This document shows, one piece after another, positions 26,036 through 39,330 of a stretch of 64,000 nucleotides of DNA. Both the position numbers and the translations under genes were made by a program. Each line of letters begins with the position of its first letter. Position 1 is the stretch's first letter. The stretch is from Octopus sinensis. Lineage: Eukaryota. The stretch lies in assembly GCF_006345805.1 (NCBI RefSeq), contig NC_043002.1, forward strand, positions 67,518,001 through 67,582,000, given 5' to 3'. The notes beneath the pieces are model-generated. The model saw nothing but the letters and a program-made list of their open reading frames with translations. It ran no database searches and was not told where the DNA came from.

Positions 26036-26709
26036 AGAGTAATAGACAACACATCAGAAAGTGATAAGTGCAGAATTTGTGGACAAAATGGTGAAACCGT
26101 ACGGCATATTACCAGCCAATGTACACGACTAGCCTAGAAGGAATATAAGAGATGTCACGACAATATAGCAAGGTTTGTCCATTGATGGACTTGACATAGC
26201 AAAAAATTGGTACAACCACAAACTCGAAGGCATCATCAAAAATGATAATGCAAAGATCCTGTGTGATTTTATGATTCAGTACAACCATGAAATAGAGAAT
26301 AGGAAGCCAGATATAGTCTTAATTGAGAAAGAAAACAAACTATGATGGATCATAGATATAGCATGCCCAGCTGACAACAAGGTATGTGATAAGGATGAAA
26401 GAAAAGTTGATAGATATGACAGGTTAGCTTGGGAGGTTAGGTAGTTGTGGTTGATGAAAAAGGTGGTAGTAGTACCAATAAATGTTGGAGCCCTGGGAAC
26501 AGTGAGTAAAAATCTTGAGAAGTACATGGAACAAATAGGGGCTGCAATAAGGGTGGAGCACTTGCAGAAAACAGCATTGCTTAGAACCACTCGAATACTC
26601 TGGAAGGTGCTCGAAAAATAATGGGTGTTACCTTAGTTCACAAGTAGTGAACAGCTGACACCATAGTACATCTCCAGCATTAGAAGCTGTGCAAAGGCAA
26701 TAATAATGA

Positions 26710-26720
<11 letters not shown>
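26036..26720 (+). mobile_element. 5'-truncated non-LTR retrotransposon with RLE endonuclease (R4/Dong-like), decayed
   Basis: CRICGQNGETVRHITSQC zinc knuckle, RCHDNIAR, RKPDIVLIEKEN and WIIDIACPAD motifs; several stops; (TAA)/(TGA)n tail. Confidence 0.85.
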
Positions 26721-26743
<23 letters not shown>

Positions 26744-27709
26744 GGTGGTGATGATGATGATGATTTATTTTATTTTTTAATTTTATTTTATTTTATTTTA
26801 TCTAGTTTCAGCTCATGAGCTGTGGCCATGCTGGGGCACTGCCAGCGTATATATTTATTTATCAATGAATATATTTCAGTTGCACAAATATTTCAATACA
26901 TCAGCATTTTTTTTTCAAAAGTATGTAAATGAAATACTTATGAACCAAAATGTATGTACACCTGTAAGATGCTTTCCAATGTATGTTATGTATTTAACCA
27001 TTAGGTTCATCATTGGTTATGTGGTTAGGAAATGTGCTTCCCAATCAAATGGTTTCAGGAGCAGTCCCTGCATGGTACCTTGGATATTGGTAACATGAAA
27101 GAGTTCAATAAATGACATTCACACGACAATGCCACCAATCCTTTTGCAACTGCTCTGTGGATACAAGAAGAAAAATATCTTTCTTGGTATTTCTTATTCT
27201 AGTTTAGTAAATCTTACACTCCTAGTGAAATATGGATCTAGGCTGATACTTGTAAACAAGAATTTATTCCTTATGTTTATATTTATTAAGAGAGCAACTG
27301 ATATTTTTGTTGACTTATATATTTAAAACCAACACGAAGCAAACATATATGACAAATTAATCCAGCATCAACTATTTTGGGCTTGGAAAATTACCCATAA
27401 TTCCCAAGTGGAATATATATTAATGTCAGAACTAGCGCTTTGCACAAGTGGAGCTCAATTAGTCTTTACAAATGCATACGCTATGCTAAGTAAATCTAAT
27501 GTAAAATATAATGAGGTCACCCTATTCTTGTTCTCCTTACTCTGGCATTCTACCAACTTTGCAGGCTGCATAAAGCAAGCACATTGGTTATTATCCAGAA
27601 GATTAAGGAAGGAAACTCAAATTAGCCTGTGATGGTTGAGATTAATAGGATTGAGCTTGGATAGAACGAATTCAGCATAGATATCCTATGCAGCTAATGA
27701 AATAGTTAG

Positions 27710-28092
27710 CAAGTGGCTGTGTGGTAAGTAGCTTGCTTATGAACCACATGGTTCTGGGTTCAGTCCCACTGCGTGACACCTCGGGCAAGTGTCTTCTACT
27801 ATAGCCTCAGGTCGACCAAAGCCTAGTGAGTGGATTTGGTAGATGGAAACTGAAAAGAAGCCCGTCGTATATATATATATGTATGTATGTGTGTCTGTCT
27901 CCACCAACATTGCTTGACAACAGATGCTGGTGTGTTTACGTCCCCGTAATCTAGCGATTCGGCAAAAGAGACCGATAGAATAAGCACTAGGCTTACAAAG
28001 AATATGTCCTGGGGTCGATTTGCTTGACTAAAGGTGGTGCTCCAGCATGGCTGCAGTCAAATGACTGAAAGAAGTAAAAAGAGTAAAGAGTA
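27710..28092 (+). mobile_element. SINE family A
   Basis: Family A head, body and tail. Confidence 0.85.
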
Positions 28093-28829
28093 ACTCACAT
28101 GATCAGATTTATATGACTATTTTTAAAGATGAAATATCTAGTAAAAATTTAATGATAGCAACAAACTGTTGATTCAAGTAAAACAAATAACACAGTGCAA
28201 AAAAAAAAAGAAGAATGGCTTTGTTTGGATTTGTATCACAAGATCACAGAAAACAAAGATTATACACCATACACAGCAACCCACTCAAATGTTTACGCAT
28301 GCACGTTATAATGATATAACCCAGCATCAACTGTGCTGTATGTGTTAGTGTGGGTGCATTTTATGCATTGTCATAGACATCATCGTCGTCACCACCACCA
28401 CCACTACCATCACCACCACTACCATCACCACCACCATCATCTTCATCATCATCATTTAACGTCCACTTTTCCATGCTTGCATCAGTTGGTCAGAGTTTAT
28501 TGAGACAGATTTTCTATGGCTGGATGGATGCCCTTCCTGTCACCAACCCTCACCAGTTTCCAAGCCAGGTAATATTTCTCCATGGCCAGAAATGTTTTTG
28601 CAGAATATTGGAAATGGATGACACTGCCTGAAATGACAATGACATTTATAAAATAAGAAAATAAACTAACACACACACACACACACACACAAAACATCAT
28701 GTACATTATTTATATCACATGTGTGTGCTCACAAATGTAGAACAACTCTTGCTGTGAGATTTGACTAAATCCTACAGCAAGTACAATCCCACATTATTTT
28801 CATTTGTGCAGTCACAAGTGCATATATTC

Positions 28830-28922
28830 ACATACATACATACATACATACATTTGTATACATACATATTTATATATGTATATATATTATATATATACAT
28901 ATATGTATACATACATATATAA

Positions 28923-29011
<89 letters not shown>

Positions 29012-29210
29012 ATGTATATGTGTGTGTGTGTGTATATATATATACATATATATATGTAAGCACATATATAAATGTGTGTATGTATATGTATATATGTGTG
29101 TATGTATATATGTACATATATATATATGTGTATACATATATGTGTGTGTGTATATGTATATATATTTGCATGTGTGTGAGTTTGTATATATATACATATA
29201 TATATATATC
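28830..29210. repeat. Compound (TA)n/(TG)n microsatellite; similar arrays at about 31040-31150, 48937-49338, 60130-60347 and 62250-62385
   Basis: Direct inspection. Confidence 0.95.
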
Positions 29211-29731
29211 TTCTTTTATTCATTTCAGTCATCAGACTGCAGCCATGCTGGGGCACCTCCTTGAATATTCTATTTTTCAGTCAAAAATTTCAACTACAGT
29301 ACTTTTCTTTCTTCTTTTAAGCCCAGTACTAATTTTATTGGACACTTTTGCTGAACAGCTAAGTTATGGATACCTAAGCATACCACCACCAATTGTCAAG
29401 CAGTGATGGGGGGACACTGATGTTATATATATATATGATATATATATTATATATATATATGTGTGTGTGTGTGATATATATATATACATATATTCAATCA
29501 GAGGTTAAATTAGCCTTTTTAAATTTTTTAAAATTTTCATTAAATGCTATATCCTCATTTTTTAACTTTTTTTTTGAATGATTATAAACCATGATTTATA
29601 TATATACATATATATATACGCATATACATATATAGATATATATACTTCTTTCCTTCTTTCCTGAGCGTCCAATAATACTATATTTGTTCCACGTCCTCGC
29701 GTTGTTGTTTTTTTTGTTTTCTTGTTTGGAT

Positions 29732-29788
<57 letters not shown>

Positions 29789-31061
29789 TTGTATGTCACA
29801 CCATTTTAATGTCTGCTGGTTCATGCTTATGTGGATTAGATGGAATTCATAAATGCATATTTTCAGTGTCCAGATCCCCTTTCTGTTGCCATTCCCCGGC
29901 TTTTTCCAAACAAAGTAATAATTCCACAAGGATGGACATATTTTGCTGAAAGAATGACAATGACTCTCACTGCTTATATGCATGGTGACACGCAACTATC
30001 ATGCAATGTCAAAGAGAAGGAGACACAAATACACACATACATTGTATATATATGGATGCATGTATGAACAAATATTTGTATTTAAGACAGGCTTCTTTAA
30101 GTTTCTCTCTGCTGGATTTACTCATAAGGGTTTTGTTGGCTCAGGGATTATAGTAGAAAACACTTGGGTACTGAGGCTGGAACCATGTGGTTGCAAAACA
30201 AACTTCTTAACCACACAGTGATATACATACAAACACACACACAATATATACACCAGTATCACATAAAAAGTACCCATGCTGGTGTCACATAAAAGCACTC
30301 AATACACTCTGAAGGGATAATTAAAATATACTAAACATGCACTGAGGAATTCCTTACGTAGATCCTGCAACTAATGTGCAGTACTACGGATGATGCCAGG
30401 TAGCCATATGTGGTGAATGTACTACATTTTAAAGTCTCCTATCTAAACTTTAATTTCAAACGTAACCTATAAATATATATACACGCACACACATATATAG
30501 GGGGGCTCCAGAAGGGGTCTCAGGGAGTAGCGTCCCTGAGCTAGTTTTTTATCAAATTTCTTAAAAATCATGGTAGAGGCTTTGGGACCACTCATGTCTA
30601 GAAACTGATGTTGGGGGTAGAAAATCCAGCTCCAAAAAGCCTCATGATAGCAAAGGAGAATGGGCACCAGCCAGCCCAAAGGTTGGGGTGGGCTGCACCT
30701 GCCTACCTCAGTTGCTATCACATTGAGGTAGATCTGGCCAACTCTGTTAACGGGGACAAAATCAGGATTTAAAGCACTGGATGATGATGTATATATATAA
30801 AATTATAAATAGATAAATATACTATGATAAAATCTATTTTAGCATTGGATATTCATGTTAAATATGAATATCCAATGGTAAAATATATTTTATAATATAT
30901 TTCTTTCTCTATTCATAATTTTATACACCCATGTTTTTCTTTTGTATTGTTCTATAAATTCTATTTTTTCTAGAATGACACATTAAGGAACTTTTTTAAT
31001 GAGTACCACCAGATTAATTGAATCCATATATTGTAACTTAATCTATCTATCTATCTATCTA

Positions 31062-31148
<87 letters not shown>

Positions 31149-32769
31149 TATACATTTACATGCAGATACCTTTGTACATATATATATATCATCTGCACAT
31201 GCATACACAGATACGCATAGGTATATAGATATTTGTGTATGAGTCTGCTATTATTCAATGCAAGTAGAATTTTTATGCCAACATTCTATGCTGACATTTT
31301 CTTATACCAAAATTTTGTTGAGATAGAAGTAATATAAAGATAAGACAATGGTTGTATTAGAGCTTCATGTATTCTCTGTAGCAGCAGTAAGTTGACGTTT
31401 TTTCTTTTATAACCAAAATTGATCTCATCTCTGTAATGTTTTCTTGATTTCTGGTGTTGTCAGGGTTGCTTTCATAACCAAGTAATATCTCTAAATTTTG
31501 AAAGCAATTTCCTTCTTTATTTTGTTGTTTATTATTTATCACAGCTTTTTTTTTTTTACTTTTTTAACGTTCTCAAACAAGAAGAAAACAAGCTTGGCAT
31601 TTTTAAGTCACCCTTAGTGTTAGGATAGGCTTTATTTTATGAAGTATATTATTTATAAACAATTTTTCCAAATCATTTAGATATCCATGGTCACATTTAG
31701 AATTTTTACTTATTTATTTTTTGTTTGGCACAAAATTTACACAATTTTCTAAATTTCTTTCATACTATTTTCTTCGAGATCTCCATCAACATTCTGTCTA
31801 AATTTTGATAGTCTATGTATGCAAAAAATGTTTGAAATGTTATGACATGAAAAAGTTCTACAGAGAAGAGGGTGGAAAAAAGAATAAAAAACAAACAGAA
31901 CAAAATGAAAAAATACATCCGTATGCAGGATTCTTTAGATGTAAACCAGAAAATATCAAGATGATTTTAGGATATTTTTATGGCATCATAAATTTACTGC
32001 TGAATTAATATTTTAGCAATGTAATTCGGTTAACTAGCCATTTATCATCATCTTGAGGCCTTTAGAGGATTCTGCAATGTTCCAAACAAACGGGGGGTTT
32101 TTTTTTTTTCATTTTGTTTTTTTTTTTGTTTTTTTTTTTACATGTAGTTTAATTTTCTTTAGATGCATGTTGCATACCATATGCATGGATGCATAAGCAG
32201 ACAACATAGAGGAACATTGATGTCATCTCGTCGAGTTCGATTAATGAAAGATACTGAAATGGTTTCACTTGTTCAGGCACAAAGATAAAGTTAATATATT
32301 TATACACATAAAAAGTCTTGATAGCAACATTAAGAAAGATTGTAAAATTAAAATTAATTTTTTAGCTGAAATACATTCTTTTTTTCCATTAAAACATTCC
32401 TATTTCAAGATGACTGTAACAAGTATAGTAATTTAAAAAATTTTTCTTATTTTTTGTTTTTAGTTTTTTTTTGTTTTGTTTTTTCATTTATACTGGTTTC
32501 TTTATTTTAATCAACAATAATCTTTTTAGTAAGTAGCAATGGTGTACTTCTGTAGAAAATTCTTCAGAAAGCTATTTGTTTTATTTCATGAAATGTTATT
32601 ATTCAAAACATTTTTTCATTAGCTATTTTAAAGTGGAAGGACCATTTATGTAGGATCTCTTGATGCAGAAGAAAGAATGGCAAGGATCATTAGGTTTGGA
32701 AGAATGATAAATTAGATGAGAGTAAGGTTGACAATATTGTCTTTGGTTTTTCTTCGTTGTTCATGATTT

Positions 32770-34630
32770 ATTTATTTTTTTTTAATACTGGTTTGGTCTG
32801 GCGGAAAGAACTGTTACCCATGTCCACCTCAGAGACTAGTGAGAATGATACTGTTAACGTTCCTCTTGAACGATTGCAAATTGACTGCTGCAGCGATGGA
32901 ATTCAAGGGGTGGGTGATGTAAGGGGGGGAGTATTCAGGGTAGTGATTAACATAGGGCCCAGGTGAATGGGTACAAAATGGGTGCAGAGAAAATGAGAGA
33001 CAAGTAGGTTAGGAATGTCTAAATGGAGGTGGTATGAGACCAAAGGAACAGAGACTAGGGTAGAAGTGATAGAAAAGACAGAAGAGGCAGGACATCCATA
33101 GATCAGAGGTTAGAGTGTGTTTGCGAGTGATTTTACATCAATCAGTCAAGTGGCTTTATTGTGGAATCTTCATGTGTATGGCAGTAGCAATGTCCCACAT
33201 GTGGCAGCATTACTACACCACTGTGGGTTTCACCAGAGCTTTGTGGTAGTTAGGAGATGAAAAGGAAGACCAGTTTTGCTCTGTTGAGTATACACATACG
33301 CCTGGACAGAAATCCTCAGTGATGGTGAAGCCTAGTATTGAAGCAATTTTGAAGGTTCTAGCTGCATGCTTTTCATGTTTAGTAGGAGTGAGGTGTGATA
33401 TTTTCTTGATATGTGTAATGACTAGATCTTTCTTTGATGTTTTTGTTGAAGGAAACAAGACTGATATGATTTTATTGGAAGATCTTTTTGAAGCTGCTGT
33501 TCCTGAAGTTTGTGCTGGTTTAACATGAGATGCTTAGGTTGAATGTGTAAGTGGGTATTGTTGGAGGTGATGACAAGTTAGCTGTTGATGTACCGCAAGA
33601 GCATTGAGGGCGAAAACAAGTCCTGGGACATAGAGAGTTGAATAGAGTGATGGTTAGAGAGAGAGAGAGAGAGAGCTTCATCAGCATATACCATAATGCT
33701 GTAATCTGATAGGAAGCCACTGATCCAAAAGAAGAGATTCTTGCACCATCGTTGACAGACATTGGAGGGTTTGTACCAAGTGGGTGAGGCTTCAATGAAT
33801 GTAGTGTTAAACGTCATTAAAAAGAGAGAGAGAGATTCAAGATGTTAGAGAAGGTTGTTATTGTTAATGGCTGTCTCCATCACCTTTGAAATGTTAGAAG
33901 TGAATGCCATAGGACAGAGGTTGACAGAGACAGTAGAGTTGCCCTTGCTAGGAGTGAAACACACTGCATTGCCAAAGACTGAGATGTGTGGAGAGAGAGA
34001 GGGGGTGTGTGAATGATTTTGTCAAGGTAGGGGTTAGCTCAGAGGATCATTGTTAGAGGTTACTGGACGCTGTCGGTGTTGATGACATTGTTAATATGAA
34101 GTGACCAGAGGTAGTTTCAATACTTAATGCATAGTGGCAAACCTGATGAAGTGGAAGAGAATAGTTTGGTAGGAAATTTGAATGATGTATGTAGCATAGA
34201 ACTGTAAGCAAAGTGGGCTACAGATGTTCAAGAAATGGACAAAAAGAGGATTCCACAAAGATGGCAAGGAGCCTTCTGGTAAGGGACCAAAAGGATCAGT
34301 CGCAGTTTGAGAGAGGAGAGCTTGCAGACTATGATATACAGAAATGTACTTCACAGTTTGGAAGATGGCCTGGTATGAGTTGCAGTACTGGATAAAAAAT
34401 GTCCAGTTTGATGGAGTTAGTGACTTTCTCAAAATGGTGACGGCTGAGATTTCTATCTTTTTTTTTTTTTGCCTGAACCACTGCAGTGCGTGTTTGAGTG
34501 AACCTCTTGGGGTACTCTAGCTGTGAGTCTTGTTTGGTTTGGGTGGGGGTATAGAGGGACATGTCTTAGAGGATGATTTCAGTCAACCCGCTAGCTGTTT
34601 GTTATGGGTCAAGGGGTGAGTACCTTGTGC
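32770..34630 (-). pseudogene. Highly decayed APE-type LINE reverse transcriptase fragment (CR1/L2/Jockey group)
   Basis: Minus-strand remnants in RT order: MAFTSNISKVMETAINN, WISGFLSD, a PQGSVL-like segment, SILGFTITEDF; many stops and frameshifts. Confidence 0.65.
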
Positions 34631-37600
34631 TGCCTGGGATAAATTAACATAAAACTGGCAGTGCTCCAACCAATCAGCTTTTACTCTGAATGTCATGAAA
34701 TATTTGTTTTGTTTTTGTTTTTTGGCTTTTGTACCTAAACTATCAAATCAAAATCCTCATGATAAACTACTACAACTGTTCCTGTGAAAGCTCATTGATT
34801 ATCTGAAGCTTCATTTGGCAACATTTTCACTTATAAATAATAAAAACAGCTACAATTTTGTATTGCTTCCAGCAAAGAATTATGTCTCTTTAATAATCCA
34901 TGTTACATATCCCATCCACAGCTTTCTGAGTAAACATGACTGTCAAAATGCTGACAAATGAGTCAATGGATCAGATCCTAATGCAGCACCAAATCCATGG
35001 CTAAAATGTAACTATTTCTGGCTCAGTCTACCTAGCTGTTAATATATCCTGCAAACAGGTACAACTTACTACTGTAACAGGAACTTTATATAATTATTCT
35101 AAGCTTATAGTGCTGAGATTTTATTCTCCTATGAGCCTGATACATGAAAAAGCATTTACCAAATTTTAAACCCTATTTAGTTAAAATATAGTGCATATCA
35201 TTATAAGTTGTTATAAATGTAAATAAAAATAAATTGAATTGTTCTAAGATCCCTTATTTTCTTCCTTCCTATTCCTTATTTTGGTCTGACCAATTTCCAC
35301 CTGTTTGTTTATGAATACTGCATAAAAACATTTCTTTATTTTGGCAACCACTTATTAATCAAAGCACTAAATATCACAAGAAATTGATCAATGATGACCT
35401 TTTGGGGCTCATATTTTAACATTTATAGAAAAAGAGAAAAAAAATATTCTTATAATATCGAATATAGATTTTGGCAATATTTAATTGTATTTAGCTGCAG
35501 TGATGTGAAATAAAACTTTAATACATCTTTTGTCGTTTCTAAATAGAAAACACATCTGTTCATCTTATAAATATAATCTTATACATATTCAGAGTAAAGT
35601 TTAAAATAATAATAATAATTTTCTACTATAGGCACAAGGCCTGAAATTTAGGTGAGGGAGAGGAAGCTAGTTGATTACATTGACTGATGCTTATTTTATC
35701 AACTGATATTTACTTGAGCGGAATTTGAACTTAAAACAAAGATCAATGAAATGTTGCTAAGCATTTTGTCTAGTATACTAACAATTCTACCAGCTCACTG
35801 CCCTTTATAATAATAATATTGCGTAAAGTAGTCTGTCTGAGGTCCTTGTTGTGACTTGACAAACAGTACAAACCCCTGGTAAATACTATATCTTCAATCA
35901 ACAACCTCATGATATTGTATACTGTGCGACGTCTATAATAATAATAATAATAATGATGATGATGATGATAAACCATATCATAAATTTGAACTAAAACTCT
36001 GCTTGTGAACACTATTTTAAATATTTTATTTTTAACCTGCTACTTATGAAATATATCTTCTCATTCAATCATATGAAAATGTTACCTTTAACAGTTGAGC
36101 TTAATCTACTTACCAATCAATAAAAAGCTTAAACCTTTTAGTTTAGCATTTAGCTATAATAATGCTGATCTATAATATTTTCACAATCAGTATGACTCAT
36201 AGCTACATGCCAATAATTAGTAATTAGAGTAATGCATCATCAAATCATAAACAGAGTTTCAGGATTTTATTTTTGTTGTTTTTTGCATGAGATTTTCCTT
36301 CTATTAGCTATTATATCAAATGCTTTACATAGATATCACTACAGGATTGCTACAGGATAACTAATCACAAGATTGCTACAAATGTCTCACGTTTATTTGT
36401 TCCCATCTAAGCATTTCTTGAGCTTTTAATGCTGTCACTTCCACTAATATAGATTGAGCATATTTAACAAACATAATACAGTGTGTAGAATAGTTAGAAA
36501 CAATGTCATTTGAGAATGTAAACATAAAATGGCCAGATTTTTTTTTTAAATATAGAACTAGACATTTTCCAAACTTAAAATCTTTTACTAAAACATTGTT
36601 TTTATCATTTCCTGTGCTTCTTATACTTCAGTACATGAAAATCTTCATAACAAAGAGTTTTCTAAATGATATTTTAACATGAAGATGTAGAAAATATATA
36701 AATATATCTAAAACAAAGACAAACAAACAATCAGTATTTATATAAATTAAAAATGAGAAATTGAAGACATTTTATATAAAAAAAAAAAAGATCAGAGAAA
36801 CACATACCAGAAGCAGATATTTTTAAAATCTATTTTCAAATGGAACTTTTTTTTTTTTTGAAAGGTGATAAAACATTTCTAGATGTAAAGAAGAATGTTT
36901 TAAAAATGTAATTTATTCTATATTCAAATTTTTAAACTTTACCCAAAACTACAATTATTTTCTACTAAATTAGAATTAATAAAGTTCTTTTTATCTGCTG
37001 GTAGTGAATGGTTTAAAAAATAATTTATGCAAGCAAGGTTATTTTTTTCTAAATTTTTATCAATAAATATTTGCTTGTAACAAGATTTCAGAAAAGAATT
37101 CTAGCTGGATGCTCAGCATAATGTAAAAATCTATTAATTTAGGGAAAAAAACCACTTTATAGTGTTAAATATTTTTTCTTTTTACAACATTCAAAAGGAA
37201 TGGCTTTAATATCTAGGAGATAAAATACAAATCACTTATGAACAAATAGTGGTTAAAAGGATTTACTCAACAAAGCACCATACTGGATTGATATGATACT
37301 TATTGGGTTTTCAGAGTTAATTGGTCCAAAGTGATGTTGAAAGTATATGAAAAACTAAAATACTCTGAACTATTGATAACAGATATTACTGATTTCTCAC
37401 AGATGCACGAGGTCTTACATTCATTAGGAATGGGGGAAATGTGATTGCACAATGTTCATGCCTTGCTCGATGGCATTAGCAACTTAAGTGAAGAGAAAGG
37501 AAGTCTAACCAGTATACAAAACAATTTCACGGATTCGACATATGGTGAGTGAGTCTTACTTCAATTTGACAGTATTTGCCATACACAACAAAGAGTGTGA

Positions 37601-38440
37601 AGGTGAACAATAATTGAAGAGTTATTCTTAAACTGGAACATTATGAGAATAAGCATATAGATACATGTATTGAACAGATTTAAAAGAAAATAAAAAACAC
37701 CTTTAAAAATATGATTGGCTTGTTAAATTAATCTGCATTTTAAATATTAAAAAAAAAAACAGATTAAGAGTATTTCTTTCATTAATAGCTTTGTTCTTTT
37801 TTCTTTCTTTGTTGAACTGCATTACAGAGTTAAAAAAAAAAGAAAAAACACAATTAAAATATTTAACATCATAAATTACTGAAATATCTATGCTATGTAA
37901 CGAATGAGAAATTAAATGACTCATTATGTACAAGGTAGACTTAATCTGAAATATAGTAAAATAATGTTGGAAAGTTCTCAGTCAATGACAACAAAATGTT
38001 CATTTTTTAACATGAAATTCTTTTTTCTGGTTTCCTTTTTTTGTTTGGTCTCTCAATATATTTTTTAATATAGTATATATATGATAACAGTTTTTTTTTT
38101 TTTTTTGCTTTTGCTGTATTGAGATAGGCACTGAAAGTCGTCTCTTGAAAACATAAAATGCCTATTTTTTTAAAATATTTGTAGTTTAAAGAAAAGAAAG
38201 GCATAGCACTTTATAGAAATAATCATCAATGCAGGCTATCAAGCTCAAAGAAAGTATCGACATTTCCATAGTGTTAAACAAAGTTTATGGATCACTTGTT
38301 TTGGACCCAATCTGTCAGATCTTGTAACTCCTTAGAAATTGTTCCAAGGATTCTTAATAAAATTGAGCACCTTTTTGTTTTCCTTTTGAATAAAAAAAAA
38401 AAAAACTAAAGGAAGCCAAATTAAGAACAACTTCCTACGG

Positions 38441-38572
38441 CTACTGAAACACCGAAGCCTTTTCCTTAAATGCTTTCTTTCGTTCTTTGGCTTCTTCTGC
38501 TTGCTTCTTTCTTTCCTCTTGTTCTTCCTTGATTTCATTTTCAAATTTCTTTGACCATGACTGAGCATCAAT
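38441..38572 (-). CDS. EFHD2: EFHD terminal coding exon (coiled coil), IDAQSWSKKFENEIKEEQEERKKQAEEAKERKKAFKEKASVFQ*
   Basis: cttttag acceptor; 132 nt ending in TAG at 38443-38441. EQEERKKQAEE matches the EFHD2 C-terminus. The supplied ORF track shows a different frame here. Confidence 0.93.
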   Translation of the reverse strand: MDAQSWSKKFENEIKEEQEERKKQAEEAKERKKAFKEKASVFQ

Positions 38573-39110
38573 CTAAAAGAAAAAACAAAAGTGGAAATCA
38601 TTAATTAAACAATACATTTGCATGTTCAAATGAAATGTGAACATGGATAGAAATGGCAGAATTAATAAGTTAACAACTAAGCCCTAATATTCCTTCTATT
38701 ATAAGTACAATGCTAGGAGGAAGGGCCAGTTAATTACATTATCCCCAGAGCTTGATAGATACTTATTTCACTGACACCAAAAGACTCGAAAGGCAAAGTT
38801 GACTGGCATTTTGTCTGGCATGCTAACAACTCTACCGGGTCACCCTAATTTTGGCACTAGGCCAGTAAATGCAGGAGAGGGGCTAGCTGATTACATTGAT
38901 TCCAGTGCTCCACTGGTACTTATTTTATTGTCCCCCCGCCAAAAGGATGTAAGGCAAAGTCAACCTTAGCAGAATTTGAACTCAGAGCGTAAAGACAGAC
39001 GAAATGCTGCTAAGCATTTTACCCAGTGTGCTAATGGTTCTGCCAGCTCATTACCTTACTGAGCCCTAATATTAAAGTTCAAATATATTCTTTGATTTAT
39101 CCTTGCTTAA

Positions 39111-39330
39111 CCCTTTCATTACTGTATTTATTTTGAGATGCTCTGTGTTTCTTTCAAGTACTTTAAATATAACAAAAAATTTAGTAAAATAACTTAGTTA
39201 TCGTTCAGCTGGTGTTAGGAACATAAATTGTGACTAAGGTTTGGTGGGAGATTTTAATTGAAAACTTATGAAAACAAGACATTTGTACTCAGAACCAGAG
39301 TCAGTTTCAACCGGATTGGTAATGAAAAGG
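39111..39330 (+). mobile_element. piggyBac-like MITE, second family
   Basis: TTAA flanks; TIR CCCTTTCATTAC / GTAATGAAAAGG; relatives at about 3432-3650, 8580-8810 and 21375-21840. Confidence 0.7.

Noticed and set aside
28772-29406. Long ORFs in the supplied track (also at 16913, 18615, 48504-49346, 55327, 60080-61506)
   Set aside because: Low-complexity translations of microsatellites (YI/CV/H/L runs); not genes.
31357-31542. Minus-strand ORF with ankyrin-like LEILLGYESNPD
   Set aside because: A single weak motif with no supporting splice structure; likely chance.
38332-38601. Track ORF MISTFVFSFRLMLSHGQRNLKMK...
   Set aside because: Wrong frame; the spliced EFHD frame begins at 38572 (IDAQSWSKKF...).
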